64,000 bases of DNA from Spirochaetia bacterium. Lineage in GTDB: Bacteria; Spirochaetota; Spirochaetia; CADAEX01. The position numbers were made by a program, and so were the translations under genes. This document shows, one piece after another, positions 29,011 through 38,878 of the stretch. The DNA is taken from the NCBI GenBank assembly GCA_963662265.2, contig CAXXHA010000008.1:64001-128000 (forward strand), read 5' to 3'. The first letter of the stretch is position 1, and every line of letters begins with the position of its first letter. The notes beneath the pieces were generated by a model, which did no database searches, had not been told where the DNA came from, and worked only from the letters and a program-made list of their open reading frames with translations.

Positions 29011-29919
29011 CTAAAGAATTCCCAGTGATTTCTTCAGGGAATTGAGAGTATTTTTCATCAGCATTGTGATTGTCATCGGCCCGACCCCGCCCGGTACAGG
29101 GGTAATGGAACCTGCAATCCCGCTTATTTCATCAAAATCAACATCACCCTTGAGAACAGCAATATTTTTACCTGTTTTTTTACTTATTTTTTCACCAATC
29201 CTGTTGACCCCGACATCTATGACACATGCCCCGGGCTTTACCCATTCAGGCTTTACAAGTCCCGGAACACCGGCAGCAACTATAAGTATATCAGCCCTTC
29301 TGCAGTGAACATCCATCTCTTTTGTTCCTGTGTGAACTACAGTTACTGTTGCATTAGCCCTCTCGCCTTTCTGGAGAAGCATGTTTGCAACCGGTTTGCC
29401 CACAACATTTGACCTGCCGACAACAACAACTTCCGCCCCGTTTGTCTCAACACCTGATCTCTTTATCAGCTCGATAATTCCTGCAGGTGTGCAGGGGGGG
29501 AATATAGCTTCTTTACCGCCTACAATGAGCCTCCCCACATTTACCGGGTGAAATCCGTCAACATCCTTTTCAGGATCAATAGCATAGATGATTTTTTTCT
29601 CATCAATATGCTTCGGCAGGGGAAGCTGGACAAGTACTCCGTTGATTGAATCATCATTGTTATACTTATCAATTTCTGCAAGAAGATCTTTCTCTGAAAC
29701 AGTATCCGGAAGGTTAACCTGAACCTCATGAAACCCGAGACTTTCCGCCGTCTTTATTTTAAGTGTCACATAGGAAACTGATGCGGGATTCTCCCCCACG
29801 AGAATAGTCACAAGTCCGGGGATTTTCCCGTATTTCTCTTTTATTGAATCAGTCTCCTCTTTGATTTCCCTGAGGATTTCTTTTCTGATCTCTGTACCAC
29901 TGATTATTTTAGCTGCCAA
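29011..29919 (-). CDS. folD: Methylenetetrahydrofolate dehydrogenase/cyclohydrolase
   Basis: VQLPLP, KDVDGFHP, PCTP, GRSNVVGKP, TPVPGGVGPMT. Confidence 0.97.
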   Translation of the reverse strand: MAAKIISGTEIRKEILREIKEETDSIKEKYGKIPGLVTILVGENPASVSYVTLKIKTAESLGFHEVQVNLPDTVSEKDLLAEIDKYNNDDSINGVLVQLPLPKHIDEKKIIYAIDPEKDVDGFHPVNVGRLIVGGKEAIFPPCTPAGIIELIKRSGVETNGAEVVVVGRSNVVGKPVANMLLQKGERANATVTVVHTGTKEMDVHCRRADILIVAAGVPGLVKPEWVKPGACVIDVGVNRIGEKISKKTGKNIAVLKGDVDFDEISGIAGSITPVPGGVGPMTITMLMKNTLNSLKKSLGIL

Positions 29920-29997
29920 ATCATCTCCCTGTTTTCATTTCTTTTTATATATTAAAAAAAGCGCCGGATTATATCACGGCGCTATTATAACATGTTT

Positions 29998-30849
29998 TCA
30001 ACCCAGAAGCGCTTTAAGCTCTTCAAGTGTTTCCTTTTTTATGCTGAATGAGTGTTCAGGTCCCGGAAAACTTCCCTCCTTGACCTCTCTGCTGTACATG
30101 GAAAGCGCCTTGACAGATTCTGAATAAATATCTGCATAAACCTTCACAAACTTTGGTGTAAACTTCCTGTACATTCCAAGCATGTCATGATAGACAAGTA
30201 CCTGCCCGTCACACCCTGCGCCTGCTCCTATTCCTATAGTAGGGACAGAAATCTTTTCCGTGATAATTTGTGCAAGCCCTGAAGGAATTGCTTCAAGCAC
30301 TATTGCATATGCACCTGCCTCATCAAGGGCTACAGCATCATCCACCATTTTCTTTGCAGCATCAAGCTTCTTACCCTGTACCTTGTGTCCCCCGAGAAGT
30401 GCTGCTGTCTGGGGAGTTAGCCCTATGTGGCCGCATACCGGGATACCTGCCTTGAATACAGCGCTAACTGTATCGGCATAGTCTGTCCCCCCTTCAAGCT
30501 TGACAGAATCGGCCCTTCCTTTCTGGTAGAGTATGCCTGCATTTTCTATTGCCTGTTCTTTTGAAATATTGTAGCTCATGAAAGGCATATCGCCAATAAC
30601 ATGGGTATCCGGTGCTCCCCTCGTAACAGCCCTGATATGGATAAGCATATCATCCATTGTAACCGGGACTGTATCGCTGTATCCCAGTTCCACCATACCG
30701 AGAGAATCCCCGACAAGAATCATATCTACCCCGGCTTCCTCTGCTATCTGGGCCTGCGGATAGGAATAGGCAGTTACAACAGATATTTTATCTCCCTCTT
30801 TTTTCATGTCTTTAAGATTATTAAGAAGCAGTTTGCTGTTTCCTGACAT
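29998..30849 (-). CDS. panB: 3-methyl-2-oxobutanoate hydroxymethyltransferase
   Basis: TAY, LVGDSLGM, DMPFMSY, VKLEGG, GHIGLTPQ, GIGAG...DGQVLV. Confidence 0.97.
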   Translation of the reverse strand: MSGNSKLLLNNLKDMKKEGDKISVVTAYSYPQAQIAEEAGVDMILVGDSLGMVELGYSDTVPVTMDDMLIHIRAVTRGAPDTHVIGDMPFMSYNISKEQAIENAGILYQKGRADSVKLEGGTDYADTVSAVFKAGIPVCGHIGLTPQTAALLGGHKVQGKKLDAAKKMVDDAVALDEAGAYAIVLEAIPSGLAQIITEKISVPTIGIGAGAGCDGQVLVYHDMLGMYRKFTPKFVKVYADIYSESVKALSMYSREVKEGSFPGPEHSFSIKKETLEELKALLG

Positions 30850-31061
30850 AATTACATCTCCTCATTATTTCAGTCATTCAATTTTCAGGCATTTTACCCA
30901 TCTGATCCATATAACGGAAACCATATCAGATATTACCTGATACATCCGGCAGATCAGACAGCTGAAATATTTCTTCCATATCACACATATATTTAATGCA
31001 TGACAGATTATTCACAGAAATCTTTGTAAATTATTCACTTTTTCTGTAAAATCCAAAAATA

Positions 31062-32318
31062 TTAAAGTATATCGGAAATCACCTTGATTATTTTCTCCGC
31101 AACTTCCTGCTTTGTAGCCATGGGTATCTTTATGTTCAGTCCCTCCCTGGAGAGCAGAATCATCTCGTTTGTGTCTGATTCAAACCCGGCACCGGATTTT
31201 GAAACATCATTGACTGCAATCATATCAGCTGCCGCCTTGTTCATTCTCCAGGATGCATTTTCAACAAGGTCTTTTTCCTCCATATCATGAAGAGCCCTGA
31301 ATGCAAGGAGAAATATATCAGGATACTTTTCCCTGATACTGTCTATAATCTTCGGTGTGGGTTTCAGTTCTATTGTAAGTCTGTCCCTGTTATGGGTTGA
31401 AACCTTCTCAGATGAAGGATTAAGAGCCTGCCAGTCTCCGACAGCTGCAGCCGATGCAAAGAGGTCATATTTTTCCCCTGAAAGCTCGCTGTGGACTGCC
31501 CTGAACATTTTTTCCGCTGTTTCACCGTCAACAACTTTTATTCTTGATGATGGCTTAACTGTTATCTTACCAGCCACAAGCGTGACATCCGCCCCTGCCC
31601 TTAGTGCGGCTTCCGCAATTGCTACCCCCATCTTGCCTGATGAGTTGTTTGATATCACCCTGACAGGATCAAGGTATTCTACAGTCCTTCCCGCTGTCAC
31701 AAGCACCCTCTTGCCTTTAAGCGGCTTGTTTTCAGTCTCGCTGTCCAGTATTTCTATGACTTTTTCAAGTATATCGCTGTTTTCAGGTATTTTAGCCTTA
31801 CCCTCTTCGACACGGGGCATCATGACAGTAATACTGTTTTCTTCAAGCTTTCTGATGTTTTCCTTTACAAAAGGATGCCTGTACATAGGCTCATGCATTG
31901 CAGGGACCACGATAAGAGGTATCCCCTCGCCGAGGCCTGTAGTGACAAATGTTGTCACAGGTGTATCATCTATTCCGCATGCAATTTTTCCCACAGTGTT
32001 GGCTGTTGCAGGAGCTACAAGGATAAGATCTGCCTTTCCCTTGACATTTCCTGCCAGTGAAACATGTTCAACTTTGCCAGTTATTTCAGTTACTGCCTCA
32101 TTTCCTGTCGCCCAGTGCATGAGGTCCGGGTGAATTATACCGCAGGCAGCCCTGCTCATAACAGGATAAACATCTGCCCCGTATCTCATGAGAAGCCTTG
32201 CAATTTCAGATGCTCTCACTGCAGCAACACTCCCGCTTATGCAAAGCACTATTTTCTTTCCGCAAAGATCATCTGACAGAGTGCCTTTTATATCAAGGGA
32301 GGGATGTTTTTCAGTCAT
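31062..32318 (-). CDS. coaBC: Bifunctional PPC decarboxylase / PPC synthetase
   Basis: APATANT, PAMH..M, TAG.T.E.LDPVRVISNNSSGKMG, AAAVGD; archaeal-style N-terminus HPSLDIKGT. Confidence 0.95.
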   Translation of the reverse strand: MTEKHPSLDIKGTLSDDLCGKKIVLCISGSVAAVRASEIARLLMRYGADVYPVMSRAACGIIHPDLMHWATGNEAVTEITGKVEHVSLAGNVKGKADLILVAPATANTVGKIACGIDDTPVTTFVTTGLGEGIPLIVVPAMHEPMYRHPFVKENIRKLEENSITVMMPRVEEGKAKIPENSDILEKVIEILDSETENKPLKGKRVLVTAGRTVEYLDPVRVISNNSSGKMGVAIAEAALRAGADVTLVAGKITVKPSSRIKVVDGETAEKMFRAVHSELSGEKYDLFASAAAVGDWQALNPSSEKVSTHNRDRLTIELKPTPKIIDSIREKYPDIFLLAFRALHDMEEKDLVENASWRMNKAAADMIAVNDVSKSGAGFESDTNEMILLSREGLNIKIPMATKQEVAEKIIKVISDIL

Positions 32319-32384
32319 ATTTCACTCCTATAACATGATAAAACAGTTTTTTATCATTACTTTCCTGACGCTATTATAATACTG

Positions 32385-32643
32385 CTTTCGAGCACTTTCT
32401 CTTCGAGAAAGTCTCTGTCGCTTATTGCAAAACAGGGTTTTGCAATTTTTCGAGCACTTCCTTTCAGGGAGTCTCTGTCGCTGATGATAAAAACTTATCA
32501 TTTCTTTCTTAAACGCTTTCGAGCACTTCCTTCCAGGGAGTCTCTGTCGCTGATGATAAAAACTTATCATTTCTTTCTTAAACGCTTTCGAGCACTTCCT
32601 TTCAGGAAGTCTCTGTCGCTAATGATAAAAACTTATCATTTCC
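32385..32643. repeat. Four-copy tandem repeat (62/69/69-bp period) of double-hairpin units
   Basis: ttcgagcactt...agtctctgtcgct with cgagc at 32389, 32451, 32520 and 32589. Confidence 0.9.
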
Positions 32644-32691
32644 TGTTTTATTATATATTCAGGTTTGTTTTATTCCTTTGCAGCATCAGCC

Positions 32692-33471
32692 TCACACAGT
32701 GTCTGCAAGTTCTTTCACATGTTCAGAAATATGTATAAGCGATGCTTTGAGTACTGCCCGGTTATCATACTGTTTAAGAAGACTCTGGAGTTCTTCCCTG
32801 CTTTTATCTTTCATCTTTCCAATATAGTTGCAGATACATGGCAGAGCACGTGTAATATTGTCAATAATTGAAATATCTGCTTTTCGGGGAGTCCTCGAAA
32901 TGGGATTAAGATCAACAGTTACAACTTTCTTTCCCATTGCAACAAGTGCATCTGTCCTGTCTCCGTCTTCAAGAGGAACAAAGACAAGGTCGGCTTTTAG
33001 TATCCCGTCAGGGTCCACTATTCTCCTGTCACTTGAGAGTTCGGGGATTGTTGCACCCATTTTAAGTCTCTCCTCGGTACCGAGGACCTCATCAGCGCCT
33101 GCCTTCTCAAGGACTTCAAGTATTGCAGCTTCCCGTCCATTTTCCCTGTAAAAAAGGTTTATCTCGAGTTTTGCACCTGAGATTTTTGAAAGCTCAACAA
33201 GTTCTTCGGGGACCAGCTGTGCGACATTGCCGTTAACAGAAATTACAGGACGTTCTGCCAGAAGAAAAGCTGCTGCTGCTGCCTCGCATGCCCTGTCTGC
33301 AAAAGGGGCTGTCTTTTCCCCTATCAGGTAATCAAAAGCCTCGCCCCTTCCCTGGGCAATAAGACCTGCCGGAGCCACAATTTTCTTTTCGCATCCCTTT
33401 ATCAGGTTATGCCTTATCATCATCGCCTTGTAGCGGGGATGATCTTCCGGTATATTAATCTTCACTGACAA
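32692..33471 (-). CDS. 4-phosphopantoate--beta-alanine ligase (archaeal-type phosphopantothenate synthetase, COG1701)
   Basis: IP.DHPRY, GLIAQGRGEAFDYLIGE, PVISVNGN, LEINLFYR, VPLEDGDR, DLNPISRT, DNITRA. Confidence 0.92.
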   Translation of the reverse strand: MSVKINIPEDHPRYKAMMIRHNLIKGCEKKIVAPAGLIAQGRGEAFDYLIGEKTAPFADRACEAAAAAFLLAERPVISVNGNVAQLVPEELVELSKISGAKLEINLFYRENGREAAILEVLEKAGADEVLGTEERLKMGATIPELSSDRRIVDPDGILKADLVFVPLEDGDRTDALVAMGKKVVTVDLNPISRTPRKADISIIDNITRALPCICNYIGKMKDKSREELQSLLKQYDNRAVLKASLIHISEHVKELADTV

Positions 33472-34387
33472 TTCTTACTCCCCCTTTTGCAATATTTGAA
33501 TAAAAAAGCTGAGGTTTAACATCTGAATCAATCTTTTTTATTATTTCAGTATATATTTTCTGCATTTTTCCAAGCTCATCCTTGTCTATAATTGAGAAAG
33601 TACCCTCGCCGAACATAAGCATACTGCTTTTTATTCCCCTGAGGTCAAGTTCATCAAGTATCATTCTGACACTGGATGGAATAATTCCCGTACTTTCAGC
33701 AAATGCTCTCGAGTATTCCATGAATCTCTCAAATTCCGGAGTCTCCTGTATCATGCTGTGGTATTTTTCACCGCTTTTCATAATACTTTCACGGACTTCA
33801 GGGTTGCTTAAAGCCTCGCTTGTGGAATAGGGACCGAAAACTATGAATGCGGCATAAAGCCCTTTCGGATACTTTATTGAAATAGTCTTCCCTATTCCGG
33901 GGGCTCCCGGTTCAACAAGGACTTTGAATCCCCCCATGGTCTCTCCCATGACTGTACCGAGACCTGTCTTGCAGAGGACTTCAGCGACATGCGCTATCTG
34001 GGATACCTTGATTGCGCTCAGCGGATCATTGTAGAGGCGGTTCAGAGCAAATGCAAGGCTCAAGGCGCCTGAACCGCTTGATCCGAAACCTGCGCCCTGG
34101 GGCGTCTCAATATGATGCCTGATATCGACCTGCCTGTACGGGATATCTGCCCAATCATGAAAAAGTTCAACAACTTTCCTGCTGACAGGAGCATCACAGT
34201 TCTTATCACGGTTAATGGAAACAGCAGTCTCTGATATTTTGCTGTTAAACGAAACTGAAGTAAAAGCTCCCTTTTTCAGGGAAAACCCGGATCCCAGAGA
34301 TCCCCTGTAGAGGGGGTCTTCAATCAGATCCTTCATATAAAACAATCCGGTAACGTGACCGGGAGAAAACGCAATAACCTTGTTCAT
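33455..34387 (-). CDS. Pantoate kinase (archaeal-type GHMP kinase, COG1829)
   Basis: AFSPGHVTGLF, GSLGSG, PQGAGFGSSG, AHVAEV..KTGLG, PGAPG; overlaps the PPS gene. Confidence 0.9.
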   Translation of the reverse strand: MNKVIAFSPGHVTGLFYMKDLIEDPLYRGSLGSGFSLKKGAFTSVSFNSKISETAVSINRDKNCDAPVSRKVVELFHDWADIPYRQVDIRHHIETPQGAGFGSSGSGALSLAFALNRLYNDPLSAIKVSQIAHVAEVLCKTGLGTVMGETMGGFKVLVEPGAPGIGKTISIKYPKGLYAAFIVFGPYSTSEALSNPEVRESIMKSGEKYHSMIQETPEFERFMEYSRAFAESTGIIPSSVRMILDELDLRGIKSSMLMFGEGTFSIIDKDELGKMQKIYTEIIKKIDSDVKPQLFYSNIAKGGVRIVSED

Positions 34388-34484
34388 AACACTGAGTATC
34401 TAACATAAGCGTTTTTTTTTCAACACTATACATAAAGGTTATCAACTACTTACAAAAGAATGAGTTTCTGTTATGCTTGGAATA

Positions 34485-35414
34485 ATGAAAACAGCAATAA
34501 TCGGTGCAGGTGCTATAGGAAGTCTTTTCGGATCACTTTTGAAAATAAACAATATTGATGCAGTTTTATTTGACAGGGACCAGGATAAAATAAACTATAT
34601 TAAAAACAACGGGCTTAAGCTGATCTATCCGGGTAACGGAGAAAGCTTCAGGATTTATCCGGAAGCAGAATCTGATATCATGAAAATAAAAGATTTTGAC
34701 TATTATCTCATGTGCGTGAAATCATATTCAACAGAAGCTGCTGCAGCTGAAATCAGTGCAGTATGCAGCAGTAAATCTGTTATTGTTACTTTTCAGAACG
34801 GCATGGGAAATGTAGATATACTGAAAAAATATTTCCCGGAAAGCAGAATTGCTGCAGGTACAACATCGGAGGGGGCATCGTTCAAGTCACCCGGTACTGT
34901 TATATACGGAGGTAAAGGAAAGACCTCTTTTTCAATTATAGATGCAGGTAATGACAATAAAAAGCTCGGGCAGCTCATAACAATGCTGAATAACGGAGGC
35001 ATTGATACCTCCCGGGCAGACAACTACAGGAGGGATATATGGAAAAAGCTTATTGTCAACGCTGCAATAAATCCCTTAACTGCAGTTCTCAGGGTCAAAA
35101 ATATTTCTGTCTCAGAATCCCCCTGTCTCAGGAACCTTGCTGAAATGATAATTTCAGAATCTGTAAAAGCGGCAGAAGCTGACGGGATATTTTTCGATTA
35201 TGAAGAGATAAGAGAAAATGTATTTAATATTGCGGAAAAAACTGCTGAAAACAGGTCTTCGATGCTCCAGGATATAGAAAACAAAAGGAAAACAGAGATT
35301 GACTATATATCGGGAACTGCGGCAGACAGGGCGGAAAAAGCAGGAATAGAAAAATCTGTAAACAGGATAATGCAGAATATAATCAAAGTACTTGAAAACA
35401 GGTACTTCACTTAA
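34485..35414 (+). CDS. panE: Ketopantoate reductase
   Basis: [30 protein letters not shown]....R.TEID. Confidence 0.93.
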   Translation: MKTAIIGAGAIGSLFGSLLKINNIDAVLFDRDQDKINYIKNNGLKLIYPGNGESFRIYPEAESDIMKIKDFDYYLMCVKSYSTEAAAAEISAVCSSKSVIVTFQNGMGNVDILKKYFPESRIAAGTTSEGASFKSPGTVIYGGKGKTSFSIIDAGNDNKKLGQLITMLNNGGIDTSRADNYRRDIWKKLIVNAAINPLTAVLRVKNISVSESPCLRNLAEMIISESVKAAEADGIFFDYEEIRENVFNIAEKTAENRSSMLQDIENKRKTEIDYISGTAADRAEKAGIEKSVNRIMQNIIKVLENRYFT

Positions 35415-35440
35415 AAAAATATAATTGTTACAATTCCACC

Positions 35441-36013
35441 ATGAATGAACAACGAGTACAGGAACTTATTAAAGAACTTCTCATCGAAATAGGCGAAGAT
35501 CCTGAAAGGGAAGGACTCCTGACAACACCGGACAGATTTGCAAAAGCATTTTCATTCCTGACTAAGGGATACAACGAAAATATAGAAGATGTCATCAATG
35601 GAGCTGTTTTTACGACAGAAAGCAACAACATGGTGATCCTCAGGGATATTGAGGTTTACAGCCTGTGTGAACATCACATGCTTCCCTTCTACGGGAAATG
35701 CCATATCGGATACATACCTAAAAACAAGCTGCTTGGAGTAAGCAAGCTTGCAAGAATTGTGGAAGTTTATGCAAGAAGGCTCCAGATACAGGAGAGGCTC
35801 ACTGCACAGATCGCAGATGCCATAAAAAATGCCATTGATGTTGAGGGAGTCGGCGTTGTAATGGAATGCAAACACCTCTGCATGATGATGAGGGGTGTTG
35901 AAAAGCAGAATTCCTTCATGACAACATCAACAGTACTCGGAAGTTTTCACAACCAGCTGGCAACAAGGCAGGAATTCATGAATCTTATAGGGATAGGAAG
36001 AACACAGCTCTGA
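35441..36013 (+). CDS. folE: GTP cyclohydrolase I
   Basis: [40 protein letters not shown]. Confidence 0.97.
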   Translation: MNEQRVQELIKELLIEIGEDPEREGLLTTPDRFAKAFSFLTKGYNENIEDVINGAVFTTESNNMVILRDIEVYSLCEHHMLPFYGKCHIGYIPKNKLLGVSKLARIVEVYARRLQIQERLTAQIADAIKNAIDVEGVGVVMECKHLCMMMRGVEKQNSFMTTSTVLGSFHNQLATRQEFMNLIGIGRTQL

Positions 36014-36215
36014 CAGATATAAATAGCCCTGCAGGCAGACAATCTTAAGCACTGTTCCATGTTCTGATCGGGGAAAAAAAGCAGAAAGATGGTTTTAAAG
36101 AAGTACCTGTAAAACCTCTTTCAAAGGCAGTCTGAATCAAGTAACAAGTCAGATAAATTTAAAACAGCTTTCCTGAAAAGGAAAGCCGTAATATTCCTGA
36201 AAAATATCTGAACTG

Positions 36216-37790
36216 TTATTTCCCCAGCATCAGTTTTGTAAGCTGGAGGAAAAAATATATTTTTCTGTATATTTTCTTTATCTCTTCAGGGAGGTTACCG
36301 GGATATTCCCCCTTCACTACTGAAGGATTGATAATAATCGACATTTTTGTTGTATCTTCAAGATCCGGAAGAAGATCCTTGAGACTGTTTGCTACTTTAA
36401 CAAGATTCCTGTAAGTATCCTGCCCCAGCACAACAGCTCGGTTATTGACATCCATAAGGCATTTCTTTACATCAACCTTGTACTTGGGCTCTGCAGTCAT
36501 TCTCTTCATGAAAGTATTCAGCTTTATCCCCACTTCCTCGTCCGAAGCAAGCGACTGGTCAAAATCAGTGATTTTTTCTGAAAGGGAAACAAGTTCATCC
36601 ATTGTATCGGAGAGTTCCTTGCTGTAATTATTTGACTTCCATTCGACCTTTACTACGAAAAAATTCACGAGTTTCAGGATATCGCTTTTAACAACATCAA
36701 GCATAAATGCCTTGAGATAATTCATGAAATCAACATGGAGATAACCTCCAAGAAGCTTTGTCTTGAATGCTGTGTTGTTGCTTTCAGTGTAATACTTCAT
36801 CCTGCTTATTGCAGTGGTGCCGAATATTTCCTTGAGAAGATTATCCCTCCTGCTGTTCTTTGTTTCTTTTATAACTTTCTGTATAACAAGCTCGGTAGAT
36901 GTTTTCAGTTTATTGAAATACTCCTCAAATATTTCCCCGTCAGGATCGGAAACAACCGGCTTGTAAAAAGGGTCCTTGTTAAGAAGCTTTACAATATAAA
37001 GAAGAACCTGGGATTTTTCTATCGCAGAAACTGCACCAAGGACTTTACCCCACTGCTGTCTGGGAATGAGTTCCTGCTGCTTGAATAACTCGAGAACTGC
37101 GAAGAGTTTTTCCCAGTCAGGATATTTAAGTATCACAGGAAACATTGATATTGTATCAACAATATCCTCTGTGATATATTCACAGGTTATAGGTGTAAAA
37201 GAAGGTTTATACTTGAAATCCATTTCACCGAAATTTGAATCAAATTTCCTGAGTAGAAAGTAATAATCAAATTTTATAAACTGGAGAAATGCAAGATACT
37301 GTCTGTAGAGAAGATGAACATTCTGTTTCTGCTCATCAGTTATGGATTTCAAGAGAACATCAAGCTCTTTTTTTACAACTTTTATAACAGCAGGATTTTC
37401 CTTTATCCTTTTTTCCACATTATCCTTATGAAGCCTGTTAATAAGTTCTTTCTGTTTCTCGCTCAGCTGGCTGTCGATAAAGAGGTATTTGAGAGCAGGG
37501 GATTCTTCCTGGTTTGCCAGAAAACTTGCAGGAACTGCCACAGTCTTGTAGATCTGGTAATAGAACTGTGCAAGCTGGGGAAGCGCCTCTTCTGTCTTTA
37601 CATTGAGAAATTTATATTTCTGTTTTCTGAGTATTTTCTGAATATCCTTCAGAAGTCTCCGCTTTTTTGCTTCCGGAGAATTATTAACAAAAAAACTGAG
37701 TATTTTTTCTATAAATGAAAGCGGCTGCTGCTCCTCTGTGCTGAGCTGACTTTCATCAGAATATTCATCCTGCAGCAAATCATTATCCAT
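36216..37790 (-). CDS. Conserved spirochete protein (DUF5312-like)
   Basis: Long helical ORF with FDYYFLLRKFD. Start moved to ATG 37790 because the track TTG at 37826 is a TTGACA box. Confidence 0.7.
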   Translation of the reverse strand: MDNDLLQDEYSDESQLSTEEQQPLSFIEKILSFFVNNSPEAKKRRLLKDIQKILRKQKYKFLNVKTEEALPQLAQFYYQIYKTVAVPASFLANQEESPALKYLFIDSQLSEKQKELINRLHKDNVEKRIKENPAVIKVVKKELDVLLKSITDEQKQNVHLLYRQYLAFLQFIKFDYYFLLRKFDSNFGEMDFKYKPSFTPITCEYITEDIVDTISMFPVILKYPDWEKLFAVLELFKQQELIPRQQWGKVLGAVSAIEKSQVLLYIVKLLNKDPFYKPVVSDPDGEIFEEYFNKLKTSTELVIQKVIKETKNSRRDNLLKEIFGTTAISRMKYYTESNNTAFKTKLLGGYLHVDFMNYLKAFMLDVVKSDILKLVNFFVVKVEWKSNNYSKELSDTMDELVSLSEKITDFDQSLASDEEVGIKLNTFMKRMTAEPKYKVDVKKCLMDVNNRAVVLGQDTYRNLVKVANSLKDLLPDLEDTTKMSIIINPSVVKGEYPGNLPEEIKKIYRKIYFFLQLTKLMLGK

Positions 37791-37911
37791 AGAATTATAA
37801 TAGTGATAAAACCGCCTCACTGTCAATCTTATTAATTAAGTCTGTGACAGCATGACACAAAACACCATGTTTTTCGAATAAAATGTTTCAAGGCAAGTAT
37901 TTTTAGCTTTC

Positions 37912-38835
37912 TCAGTCTTTATAGAGCCGTCCCTGTCTTGCTCCCTGCCTTATCATCTCTTTTGCAAGAATCGTGTATATCTCCCCTTTCCTTAAGTCCC
38001 GCCTCGGAGCAGCTCTTCTCTTATCAGGAGTATCGCAGGTCACTCTCATGATTACCATATCCTCTGGCAGAAGTTCTATCGCCTTTACAAGATATGTTAT
38101 ATGCCTCATCCCGCACGGAACACTTAACTCCCCTTTCAAATACTCATCAAACAGAGGAGTAGAAAGTGGAACATGGAGGTTATGAAGCTTAATCCCTTCA
38201 GGCTTCTGACTTGCAAGATATTTTACACTCATCATCATATCATCAAATGATTCATCCGGGAGTCCGAAAATAAGGTGGGTAATTAGCTTTATCCCCCTTT
38301 CCCTGAGCATATGAAAGGCTTTTTCAAAATCCGCTACAGTATGTCCCCTGTTTATTCTTACAAGTGTCCTGTCATGGCTGCTCTGGAGACCAAGCTCCAC
38401 CCAGACCTCAAGTCCTTTTTCCCTGTATGAGGCGAGAAGATCTGCCTTCTCTTCATCAATACAGTCAGGCCTTGTTGAGACAATTATTTCCCTGAAATCC
38501 CCGAGAGAAAGACAGTAGTCATATATTTCCTTCAGTTCATCTGTTTCGCCGTATGTTCCGGAAAAAGCCTGGATATAGAGGAGAAATATTTCTGCATTAT
38601 ATCTTTTTTTAAGAAACCTCACCCCCCGTTCAACCTGCTCCCTGATTTCAACCGATTTATCAAGATAGGTGGCCCTGGCCCCGTTTCCGTCACAGTATGT
38701 ACAGCCGGGTCTGCTTCTGTCTTCTCCCCTGTTCGGGCATGAAAGTCCGATATCGACAGAGACGCGGAATGCTTTTTTCCCGTATTTATTTATGAGGTAA
38801 TTCGAATAGTTGTTAAAAGGTAATTTTATATCCAT
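37912..38835 (-). CDS. Radical SAM protein, TIGR01212/YhcC family
   Basis: SCPNR...GCTYC, TRPDC, WVELGLQS, INRGH, GIKLHNLH. Confidence 0.92.
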   Translation of the reverse strand: MDIKLPFNNYSNYLINKYGKKAFRVSVDIGLSCPNRGEDRSRPGCTYCDGNGARATYLDKSVEIREQVERGVRFLKKRYNAEIFLLYIQAFSGTYGETDELKEIYDYCLSLGDFREIIVSTRPDCIDEEKADLLASYREKGLEVWVELGLQSSHDRTLVRINRGHTVADFEKAFHMLRERGIKLITHLIFGLPDESFDDMMMSVKYLASQKPEGIKLHNLHVPLSTPLFDEYLKGELSVPCGMRHITYLVKAIELLPEDMVIMRVTCDTPDKRRAAPRRDLRKGEIYTILAKEMIRQGARQGRLYKD

Positions 38836-38841
38836 ATCTGA

Positions 38842-38870
38842 TTGACATTCTAATCACTGTAACATAAAAT
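38842..38870 (+). promoter_or_regulatory. Sigma70 promoter, probably leaderless transcript
   Basis: TTGACA-17-TAAAAT; the ATG is 8 nt downstream and there is no SD. Confidence 0.7.
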
Positions 38871-38878
38871 TTCCACCT

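Noticed and set aside
31357-32133. 258-aa plus-strand ORF and other long antisense ORFs over housekeeping genes
   Set aside because: They are shadow frames of well-supported genes on the opposite strand, Ser/Ile-rich, with no motifs.
32484-32640. ATGATAA-N4-TTATCAT as Fur boxes
   Set aside because: The spacing is one base longer than the Fur consensus (N3), the motif is replaced by another hairpin in unit 1, and there is no iron-related context.
32385-32643. 69-bp repeat as a mini CRISPR array
   Set aside because: The would-be spacers are identical in units 2-4 and are themselves hairpins; no cas genes nearby.
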